DNA of 32,000 nucleotides, from positions 930,001 to 962,000 of the forward strand of contig NZ_CP040006.1 in assembly GCF_005696695.1 (NCBI RefSeq), written 5' to 3'. The notes beneath the pieces were generated by a model that was not told the DNA's origin, did not search any database, and was given only the letters and a program-made list of their open reading frames with translations. Numbering within the stretch: the stretch's first letter is position 1; the number at the start of each line of letters is the position of its first letter. A program made the position numbers and the translations under genes. Below, piece by piece: positions 6,889 to 14,194 of the stretch. Origin of the DNA: Schaalia odontolytica. GTDB taxonomy: Bacteria; Actinomycetota; Actinomycetes; Actinomycetales; Actinomycetaceae.

Positions 6889-8196
6889 ATGTCTGCACCC
6901 CGTCCTGTCCTCGGAGTTGGCGTTCTTGGAGCCGGAACCGTCGGTAGCCAGGTCATTCGCATTCTTCAGTCGAGTCGCGAGGATTTCGCCGCTCGCTCGG
7001 GCGCGGAGATGGAGGTGCGCCGCGTCCTCGTCCGCAATGTGGATGCCCCGCGTGACGCTCCGATCGACCGCGAGCTGCTGACGACCGACCCGGCCGAGGC
7101 GATCGACAACATGGATCTCGTCGTCGAGCTGATCGGCGGTATTGAGCCCGCTCGCACCCTCGTGCTGCGCGCCCTCAACCAGGGCATCTCGGTCGTCACC
7201 GGCAACAAGGCCCTCCTGGCCGCCCACGGTCCCGAGCTTTACGAGGCAGCCGCGTCTAACGGTGCCGACCTCTACTACGAGGCCGCCGTTGCGGGCGCCG
7301 TCCCCGTCGTGTACGGCCTGCGCGAGTCCCTCGCCGGCGACCGCATCACGACCGTCATGGGCATCGTCAACGGCACGACGAACTTCATCCTGGACGCGAT
7401 GAGCACCAAGGGGCTGAGCTACGAGGATGCTCTCAAGCAGGCGCAGGACCTCGGTTTCGCCGAGGCCGACCCCACCGCCGACGTCGAGGGTTTCGATGCA
7501 GCCGCCAAGTGCTCCATCCTGGCCTCCCTGGCCTTCCACACGCGCGTCGGCATTGACGACGTCGCTGTCGAAGGCATCTCGAGCATCACCAAGGAAGACA
7601 TGGAGGAGGCCGCTCGCGTCGGCCACACCATCAAGCTCCTGGCCATCGCCGAGCGCCGCATCGGCGAGGACGGTCGCGAGGGCGTCGCCATGCGCGTCCA
7701 CCCCGCACAGGTTCCCTCCGATCACCCGCTCGCTTCCGTCGACGGCGCTTTCAACGCGATCCTCGTTGAGGGCGAGGCCGCGGGTCGTCTCATGTTCTAC
7801 GGCCAGGGAGCGGGCGGCGCTCCCACGGCCTCGGCTGTTCTGTCCGACCTCGTCGCCGCGGCGCACCACCGCGCCTTCGGTGGGCATGCCCCGCGCGAGT
7901 CGGTCTACGCCCACCTGCCGATCCTCGATCCCGGCTCGACGCACACGCGTTACCAGATCCGCCTCCAGGTCGAGGACCGCCTCGGCGTCCTGTCCGACGT
8001 TGCCGGAATCTTCGCCCGCCACGGCGTCTCGATCCAGTCCGTGCACCAGCGCAACGACGAGGTGCCCGGTGCCTGCGTCATCGTCGTGACCAGCCACCGC
8101 GCCCGCGAGGCCGACCTGCGCGCCGTCGCACGTGCGTTGTCCGTCTCCGACGCGGTGCGCGAGGTGACCTCCACGATCCGCGTTGAGGGTGAGTGA
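6889..8196 (+). CDS. hom: Homoserine dehydrogenase
   Basis: N-terminal NAD(P)-binding motif VGVLGAGTVGSQV. The C-terminal region looks ACT-like (YQIRLQVEDRLGVLSDVAGIFARHGVSIQSV). ATG at 6889 is preceded by AAAGGAG. Confidence 0.92.
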   Translation: MSAPRPVLGVGVLGAGTVGSQVIRILQSSREDFAARSGAEMEVRRVLVRNVDAPRDAPIDRELLTTDPAEAIDNMDLVVELIGGIEPARTLVLRALNQGISVVTGNKALLAAHGPELYEAAASNGADLYYEAAVAGAVPVVYGLRESLAGDRITTVMGIVNGTTNFILDAMSTKGLSYEDALKQAQDLGFAEADPTADVEGFDAAAKCSILASLAFHTRVGIDDVAVEGISSITKEDMEEAARVGHTIKLLAIAERRIGEDGREGVAMRVHPAQVPSDHPLASVDGAFNAILVEGEAAGRLMFYGQGAGGAPTASAVLSDLVAAAHHRAFGGHAPRESVYAHLPILDPGSTHTRYQIRLQVEDRLGVLSDVAGIFARHGVSIQSVHQRNDEVPGACVIVVTSHRAREADLRAVARALSVSDAVREVTSTIRVEGE

Positions 8197-8197
8197 C

Positions 8198-9148
8198 GTG
8201 CGCCTGCGTGATGATTTCGTTGCGGTGAAGGTTCCCGCGACCAGCGCGAACCTCGGCCCCGGATTCGACTCCATGGGCCTGGCTCTCGACCTGTGGGACG
8301 AGGTCTCGGTCCACGCGACGACGGGGGCCACCTCGGTCGTCGTCGAGGGTGAGGGAGCCGGAAACGTTGAGCAGGGCGAGGACAACCTCGTCGTGCGCGC
8401 GCTGCGCCTCGCACTCGACCGCGTCGGCGCGCCCCAGGTGGGCGTGCGTATGCACTGCACGAATCGGATCCCCCATTCCCGAGGCCTGGGTTCCTCTGCG
8501 AGTGCGATCGTCGCCGGTGTGACCCTGGCGCGCGCCCTCATCGGTGACGCCGACGTGCTCGGCCGCCAGGAGATCCTCGAAATCGGCTCGCAGATGGAGG
8601 GCCACCCCGACAACGTTGCTCCGGCCGTCTTCGGCGGCGCGACCGTGTCGTGGATGAATGAGGAGACCTCCGAGGTTGGCAGCGTTCGCCTGACCCCGCC
8701 CGAGGGTATTCACCCGGTCGCCTTCATCCCAGACTTCGAGCTGCGCACCGCCGCCGCGCGTGCCGCGCTGCCCGCGACCGTGCCCCACGGTGACGCGAGC
8801 TTCAACGTCGCCCGCGGCGCCCTGCTGGCCGCCGTGCTCTCGGGCAATGCGCAGGCGAGCGGGGGAGCGGACCTGCACTTTCTCCTCATGGAGGCCACCC
8901 GCGATCGCCTTCATCAGGAGCAGCGTCGGGCCGCGATGGAACCCTCCCTCGCCCTCGTCGATTGGCTGCGCGGCGCCGGCTTTGCCGCCGTCGTCTCCGG
9001 CGCGGGCCCGACGGTCCTCTCCCTGGAATCCGTCGGTGCCGACATCCGCCGGGATGCCGCGGCTGCCGGGTGGCGAGTCGTCCCGATGGGCGTGGCTCCC
9101 CAGGGTGTCCAGATCACCCGCGGAAGCCTCTCGAAGGTGGAATTCTGA
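8198..9148 (+). CDS. thrB: Homoserine kinase
   Basis: GHMP-kinase motif PHSRGLGSSASA, and N-terminal VPATSANLGPGFDS. Start chosen as the GTG at 8198, 1 nt after the hom TGA, with GAGGGTGAG upstream. In-frame TTG 8183 and GTG 8189 are alternatives. Confidence 0.88.
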   Translation: MRLRDDFVAVKVPATSANLGPGFDSMGLALDLWDEVSVHATTGATSVVVEGEGAGNVEQGEDNLVVRALRLALDRVGAPQVGVRMHCTNRIPHSRGLGSSASAIVAGVTLARALIGDADVLGRQEILEIGSQMEGHPDNVAPAVFGGATVSWMNEETSEVGSVRLTPPEGIHPVAFIPDFELRTAAARAALPATVPHGDASFNVARGALLAAVLSGNAQASGGADLHFLLMEATRDRLHQEQRRAAMEPSLALVDWLRGAGFAAVVSGAGPTVLSLESVGADIRRDAAAAGWRVVPMGVAPQGVQITRGSLSKVEF

Positions 9149-9180
9149 GCATTTACGCCCTGTGAGTTTCTGCGCAAGCA

Positions 9181-9235
9181 CCGCCAGCCGTGTCGTCTGA
9201 TCGACAGCGGGCTGGCGGTCTTGCTATATTTTTTT
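9181..9235 (+). terminator. Intrinsic terminator candidate after thrB
   Basis: CCGCCAGCC (9181-9189) pairs with GGCTGGCGG (9210-9218), and inner TGTCG pairs with CGACA around the loop TCTGAT. A T-rich tail follows, including a run of 7 T at 9229-9235. The T-run is 10 nt from the stem, which lowers confidence. Confidence 0.6.
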
Positions 9236-9365
9236 CAGGTTGAGACGAATGTTCGACTTCGGCCTTCGCGATGCACCTCTTTTGTGCATCTTCCTGATCA
9301 AGCTTTTTCATGTGCTTGAGCAATCACCTCGCCCGCTGTGGGCGCATTCCAGTAAGGATCACTTC
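9236..9365 (+). promoter_or_regulatory. rho 5' leader region with hairpins
   Basis: GATGCAC (9270-9276) pairs with GTGCATC (9284-9290) across a 7-nt loop. CAAGC (9299-9303) pairs with GCTTG (9314-9318). The stretch is unusually AT-rich for this genome. I could not define a promoter. Confidence 0.3.
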
Positions 9366-11108
9366 GTGAGCAACGAAACCTCCGCCGATACGGCCGCGTC
9401 GCTGTCGGCGATGAAGCTGCCTGAGCTGAAGGCTCTGGCCGCCTCCCGCGGCCTCAAGGGCATCTCCCAGCTTCGTAAGTCCCAGCTGATCGAGCTGCTG
9501 AGCAACGGCGCCGGCGCCTCGACCCCGCAGGAAAAGGCTCCCCGCAAGGAAGCCGCTGCCTCGTCCGAGAAGAAGGCTGACAAGGCTGAGAAGCCGGCCG
9601 CCGAAAAGTCGGTTGAGCAGGCTTCCGCGTCCGACGCGCCCGCCGAGGCTCCGCGACGCTCTCGCCGCCGCCGCGCTGTGAGCCAGGGCGCCGTTGAGCC
9701 CGCGCACGTCACCCTCGACCTGCCCCTGCCGGCCGCCGAACGCACCGAGCCCACTCCGGAGCCCGACACGAGCGTCGTCGAGACCGTCCTGAACATCGAG
9801 CTGCCCGACGGCGATGACACCGAGGCACGTCGCCCCCGCCGTGAGCGCGGCCGCCGTGGTCGTCGCGACCGTGAGAACCGTGAGAACCGCGGCGAGGGTC
9901 GTGAGAATCGCGAGAACCGCGAGAACCGCGGCGAGGGTCGTGAGAACCGCGAAGCTCGCCCCGCGCGCGGCGGCGAGGATAACCTCGCGCCGATCGCCGG
10001 CATCCTCGATATCCAGGAAAACCACGCCTTCGTGCGCACCTCCGGCTACCTGCCCGGCCCGAACGACGTCTACGTGACGCTCGGCAACGTGCGCCGCTGG
10101 GGCCTGCGCGCTGGCGACGCGGTCGCCGGTGCCGTGCGCCTGCCCCGCGAGGGCGAGCGTCAGCGCCAGAAGTACAACGCCCTCGTGCGCGTTGACTCCG
10201 TCAACGGCATGACGATCGAGCAGGCACAGGCGCGCCGCGAGTTCGGTAAGCTGACCCCGGTCTACCCCTCCGAGCAGCTGCGCATGGAGACCTCTCCCAA
10301 GGCCTACACGCCGCGCGTCATCGACCTGGTCGCCCCCGTCGGCAAGGGCCAGCGCGGCCTCATCGTCTCCCCGCCCAAGGCCGGTAAGACGATGGTCATC
10401 CAGCAGATGGCCAAGGCTATTGAGCTGAACAACCCCGAGGTGCACCTCATGGTCGTCCTGGTGGACGAGCGTCCCGAAGAGGTCACCGACATGCGCTCGA
10501 TCGTCAAGGGTGAGGTCATCGCTTCCACCTTCGACCGTCCCGCATCGGACCACACGACCGTCGCCGAGCTCGCGATTGAGCGCGCCAAGCGCCTGGTCGA
10601 GCTGGGCCAGGATGTCGTCGTGCTCCTCGACTCGCTCACGCGTCTGTCGCGCGCATACAACCTGGCTGCGCCCGCCTCGGGCCGTATCCTCTCCGGTGGC
10701 GTCGACGCGTCCGCGCTGTACCCGCCCAAGAAGTTCTTCGGCGCTGCCCGCAACATCTCCGAGGGCGGCTCGCTGACGATCATCGCCTCCGCGCTGGTGG
10801 AGACGGGTTCGAAGATGGACGAGGTCATCTTCGAGGAGTTCAAGGGCACCGGCAACATGGAGCTGCGCCTGTCGCGTCAGCTCGCCGAGCGTCGCATCTT
10901 CCCCGCAATCGACCTCAACGCGTCGGGCACCCGTCGCGAGGAGTTGCTCTTCAAGCCCGAGGAGCTGCGCATCATGTGGAGGCTCCGCCGCGTCCTGGGC
11001 ACCCTCGACCAGCAGCAGGGCCTCGAGCTGGTCCTCGATAAGCTCAAGGAAACCCAGTCCAACGCTGAGTTCCTCATGCTCATCCAGAAGACGACGCCCT
11101 CCGAGTGA
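9366..11108 (+). CDS. rho: Transcription termination factor Rho with a long N-terminal Arg/Glu/Asn/Ala-rich insertion
   Basis: Rho N-terminal helix bundle ([30 protein letters not shown]), an RNA-binding domain, and Walker A in [13 protein letters not shown]. Start chosen as the in-frame GTG at 9366 with AAGGA 8 nt upstream. The product is about 580 aa against about 419 aa in E. coli. Confidence 0.93.
   Translation: MSNETSADTAASLSAMKLPELKALAASRGLKGISQLRKSQLIELLSNGAGASTPQEKAPRKEAAASSEKKADKAEKPAAEKSVEQASASDAPAEAPRRSRRRRAVSQGAVEPAHVTLDLPLPAAERTEPTPEPDTSVVETVLNIELPDGDDTEARRPRRERGRRGRRDRENRENRGEGRENRENRENRGEGRENREARPARGGEDNLAPIAGILDIQENHAFVRTSGYLPGPNDVYVTLGNVRRWGLRAGDAVAGAVRLPREGERQRQKYNALVRVDSVNGMTIEQAQARREFGKLTPVYPSEQLRMETSPKAYTPRVIDLVAPVGKGQRGLIVSPPKAGKTMVIQQMAKAIELNNPEVHLMVVLVDERPEEVTDMRSIVKGEVIASTFDRPASDHTTVAELAIERAKRLVELGQDVVVLLDSLTRLSRAYNLAAPASGRILSGGVDASALYPPKKFFGAARNISEGGSLTIIASALVETGSKMDEVIFEEFKGTGNMELRLSRQLAERRIFPAIDLNASGTRREELLFKPEELRIMWRLRRVLGTLDQQQGLELVLDKLKETQSNAEFLMLIQKTTPSE
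9882..9959 (+). repeat. 39-bp tandem duplication inside rho (encodes [13 protein letters not shown] x2) built on a 9-bp (R-E-N) sub-repeat
   Basis: Copy 1 is 9882-9920 and copy 2 is 9921-9959. The first 26 nt are identical, and 34/39 match overall by hand alignment. GAGAACCG[CT] units extend upstream from 9872. Confidence 0.85.
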
Positions 11109-11117
11109 TCGGCGGGT

Positions 11118-11162
11118 GAGAGCGGGGCGAGTGGCGAGAGCCGCTCGCCCCGCTTTCTTTTC
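11118..11162 (+). terminator. Strong intrinsic terminator of rho
   Basis: AGCGGGGCGAG (11121-11131) pairs perfectly with CTCGCCCCGCT (11144-11154). The stem extends through a U-G wobble and GGC/GCC to a GAGA tetraloop, about 15 bp in total. TTCTTTTC follows directly (11155-11162). Confidence 0.8.
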
Positions 11163-11215
11163 GGTGCACGCCCCAATACCGGACAACTGATGAGGGGCTG
11201 TGTCAGACTTGGGGC

Positions 11216-12388
11216 ATGGTGAACATGGCGCCGAATTCGATCAATGCGCAGGCGACACGGGAATCCTCGCGCCGGTCCTGGAGTGCTGCGCGCGGATCTC
11301 TGCGCCTCGTTCTTGGTCTATTTCTCTTGCTGGTGGCTCCCCTTCAGCTGGCGATCGCCATCTATGATCAGGCCCATCACGGGATGGGGGAGGCTGTGGA
11401 CTGGCCGAATTGGACCGGCTGGGTCATGGCGCTGTGCGGAATCGGAGTGCTGTGGCGCGGCGCTGATCTTCGGCGCTCGGGGCGTCAGAAAGTGACGATG
11501 ATCGCTGAGAAATGGGCTGCCTTGGAGAGCCGGCGGGCAGAGGTTGAGCGCGTGTTTTCCACGCTCGTCGGCGCAGGTTACTACGAGATCGGACTGACGG
11601 CGCGCCACGAGTGTGCCCGAGCCGAACGCGTCAGGGTTGGCGCTCGGATCGCCGAGCACAGGCCTCCGGGTTTCCTCGCGTCGCTCAGCGAGGCGTCGGC
11701 AGGCGCGGGGGATGAGATCCTTGCGCGGATGGAACGCCTGGCAGACGCGGATGCCGCGATCATGGCTGCGCGCGGCTTTTTCGCGCTCGCGCCCGGCTGG
11801 CGCGACGTGTGGAAGACCGAGGTCGGCCCGATCATCGAAGACCTGGACATACTCGACGACGTCGCAGACACCCTCGAAAGTGTCAATACGGACCCGCGAA
11901 TCCTGACGGACATTGAGGCTTTCAGGGAGCGCGTGGGGGATGACAAGGACACGGTGAACGACCTCGGGACACGCCTTGAGGGCGGGCAGATCGCTCCCAC
12001 TCAGGCCCTCGAAGAACTCGACCGGATCACCAACGAAGCGCGAGCACGCACCGCCGAGCTCATCGAGGAAACTCTCGCAACGGATGCCTCGGCGCAGGGA
12101 CGGCAACGCTACGCCCGATGGAAGAACACAGGCATCAGGCTCACCGCGGCGAACGCGGAGTACGACGCAGCCTATTGGAGCCAGGACGCGGACACTGACA
12201 TCGAGTACAACCCGGCGGCCACGATTCGACTGACCGCAAATTCAGCAGGCGTTGACCTGGAAGGGCTACCCGCTCCGGCGACCGGTATCCTCACGGCTGG
12301 CGGCTCGTCCGTCTATCTACTGCCCATGTACCTCGAGCAATACCTGAGCGACGACGTGGACGAGGCAGGCGGAGGCTCGTCGACCTGA
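11216..12388 (+). CDS. Two-TM membrane protein, paralog A of a three-gene family (no ectodomain; ~310-aa cytoplasmic module of unknown function)
   Basis: Coding is supported by three-way amino-acid conservation with the next two ORFs. TM1 is LRLVLGLFLLLVAPLQLAIAIY and TM2 is WTGWVMALCGIGVLW, followed by the basic stretch RGADLRRSGRQK. Shared motifs are FALAPGWRDVW..EVGPIIEDL and YNPAATIRLTANSAGVDL. The ATG at 11225 is an alternative start. Confidence 0.8.
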   Translation: MVNMAPNSINAQATRESSRRSWSAARGSLRLVLGLFLLLVAPLQLAIAIYDQAHHGMGEAVDWPNWTGWVMALCGIGVLWRGADLRRSGRQKVTMIAEKWAALESRRAEVERVFSTLVGAGYYEIGLTARHECARAERVRVGARIAEHRPPGFLASLSEASAGAGDEILARMERLADADAAIMAARGFFALAPGWRDVWKTEVGPIIEDLDILDDVADTLESVNTDPRILTDIEAFRERVGDDKDTVNDLGTRLEGGQIAPTQALEELDRITNEARARTAELIEETLATDASAQGRQRYARWKNTGIRLTAANAEYDAAYWSQDADTDIEYNPAATIRLTANSAGVDLEGLPAPATGILTAGGSSVYLLPMYLEQYLSDDVDEAGGGSST

Positions 12389-12478
12389 GGGCGGAAGCGA
12401 CATCTCATTGTCGTCGCTGCGGGTATCAGAGTGCTGAGCCAGCGCGCGCATGAGGTCGGACCGTGACACAGTGGATGC

Positions 12479-14143
12479 ATGACTTCAGTGACGACCGAAT
12501 CGGCAAACGAGGAACGCGGCCACATGACGGCGCGAGACGTGAAGCGCTCGGTGCGAGGGGTGGGCCGGATCCTGCTGGGCGTCGTCATGGCGATCTGCGT
12601 TCCCGTGTGGCTGGTGTTCTCCTTCGTTGAATTCACCCGGCCCACGGTGCCAGCCAGCGAACTCGTCGCGCCGTCTGTCGAGGTGCACGACGAGACGGGA
12701 AGCTTCGGGCCGGTCGACGGGCGAACGCTGACAGACGCCCTCGGCGACGTCACGTTCACGCGTCCCATCCACCTCGTCATCTTGTCAACGGATGACCTGG
12801 TGGACGACAACCTCGACGAGGCGACCCTCAAGTACGCGCGGGCCGGGCATAAGGAGTGGATCTCACCCAATGGGTACAAGTGGGCCGACGGCTACCTGAT
12901 CCTGTCGGTGTCGCCCACCCACCGCAAGGTGGGGACGTACTTCGGCGAGGACATCGCCCCGTTGCTGTCCGTGCAAGAGGAGATCCAGGACGCCGCGAAG
13001 GACGACTTCCGTGCGGGCCGCTGGAGTGCGGGGATCGTCGCCGCGGCCACGAAGGCTGCCGCAAACATCCCGAACGAGGCAGGCTACAGCATTAAGAACC
13101 GAGTCGTCTGGCCTCACTGGACGGGATGGCTGATCTCGCTTACGGGCATCGGCGTGCTCCTGCGCGGACGCAGCCTGCGCCGGACGGTACGAGAAAGCTC
13201 CGAGCGTATTGCTGAGGCGTGGAAGGAGATGGAGGGGCGTCGCTCGGAGGTGGATCGTGCTTTCCACTCGATCGTCGATGCGGGGCAATATAGCAAGGGG
13301 CTGACCGTGCGCTACGGGTGCGCTAACCAGGAGCGCAAGAAGGTGCGCGAGCGCGTCTCCGTCCTGCGATCCCCTGGGTTTTTCGGATCCCTCAGCGCCG
13401 GCGCGGCAAGCGAGCGAGAGGAACTGCTCGAAGATATCGAGCTGCTGTCGGCCGCCGATGACGCGATTTTCGCCGCCCGCGACTTTTTCGCGCTGGCTCC
13501 GGGGTGGCGCCATCTGTGGGACAACGAGGTGGGACCGGTCTTCGAAGACCTGTTAGCCGCGGATTCCATCTCAGTCAAGGTGCGCAACCGCGTCAAGAAG
13601 CGTCAAGTGAAGAACGCAGTCGAGGCCTTTAACCGCTGGACGAACGAGCAGCGGGACATCATCGTCGGACTCGGAACGAGCCTGGAGCGCGCGGAGATCA
13701 CTCTGGTGCAGGCTCTCGACGAGCTGGACCGAATCGCGAGCGAGTCTCGCGCGCGACTGACGAAGCTCATCGGGCAGGCACTCGTCGCCGACACTTCCTC
13801 GTCTGGGCGTCAGCGCTACGAGCATTGGGAAAGCAACAAGGGCGGTACCGTCAGCGCCAGCGAGGTGCTCTACAAGGGCACGTACCTGAGTGGCGGTGAC
13901 CACCATGAGTACAACCCCGCCTCGACGATCCGCCTGACCGCGAACTCTGCGGGTGTTCGCCTGACGGGCAAGGCTGCGGAGAAGTCCGGCCGTTTCCAGG
14001 CGAACAATGTGTCCGTCTGGGCGTATCCGACGTATCTCGATCGCTACGTGGACTACGAACCGTCCAGCTCCTCGACCAGTTCAGCGGACTACGGCTCATC
14101 CTCGGGTGGCTTCTCGGGTTCCGGCTCGTCCTCGTCCTTCTGA
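12479..14143 (+). CDS. TPM-domain membrane protein, paralog B (TM1 - extracytoplasmic TPM domain - TM2 - shared cytoplasmic module - Ser/Gly tail)
   Basis: Between TM1 (ILLGVVMAICVPVWLVFSFV) and TM2 (WTGWLISLTGIGVLL) lies a ~150-aa segment fitting the TPM/YgcG pattern (VHDETG...IHLVILSTDDL...WADGYLILSVSPTHRKVGTYFGEDI...DDFRAGRWSAGI). The C-terminal module is homologous to paralogs A and C. The tail is SSSSTSSADYGSSSGGFSGSGSSSSF. The ATG at 12524 is an alternative start. Confidence 0.85.
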   Translation: MTSVTTESANEERGHMTARDVKRSVRGVGRILLGVVMAICVPVWLVFSFVEFTRPTVPASELVAPSVEVHDETGSFGPVDGRTLTDALGDVTFTRPIHLVILSTDDLVDDNLDEATLKYARAGHKEWISPNGYKWADGYLILSVSPTHRKVGTYFGEDIAPLLSVQEEIQDAAKDDFRAGRWSAGIVAAATKAAANIPNEAGYSIKNRVVWPHWTGWLISLTGIGVLLRGRSLRRTVRESSERIAEAWKEMEGRRSEVDRAFHSIVDAGQYSKGLTVRYGCANQERKKVRERVSVLRSPGFFGSLSAGAASEREELLEDIELLSAADDAIFAARDFFALAPGWRHLWDNEVGPVFEDLLAADSISVKVRNRVKKRQVKNAVEAFNRWTNEQRDIIVGLGTSLERAEITLVQALDELDRIASESRARLTKLIGQALVADTSSSGRQRYEHWESNKGGTVSASEVLYKGTYLSGGDHHEYNPASTIRLTANSAGVRLTGKAAEKSGRFQANNVSVWAYPTYLDRYVDYEPSSSSTSSADYGSSSGGFSGSGSSSSF

Positions 14144-14194
14144 GTCCCATCGGGATACCGGGCAACTGAAGGCGATCCGTGCCAGAGTGGAGCC

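Noticed and set aside
6796-8613. 605-aa ORF on the minus strand
   Set aside because: It is antisense to hom and thrB. It has no recognisable motifs and an Arg/Ala/Gly/Val-rich composition, the typical high-GC shadow ORF.
9240-9365. N-terminal extension of the rho ORF (alternative start at 9240)
   Set aside because: It lies in the AT-rich, hairpin-rich leader and has no SD. Recognisable Rho sequence starts after the GTG at 9366, which has an AAGGA upstream.
9840-9960. Repeat array considered as a possible CRISPR or minisatellite
   Set aside because: The repeats are in frame inside rho with 9- and 39-bp periods and no spacers. They encode the RENR/GEG low-complexity tract, so this is not a CRISPR array.
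9324-11186. 620-aa ORF on the minus strand
   Set aside because: It is antisense to rho and runs through the rho terminator. It is a shadow ORF.
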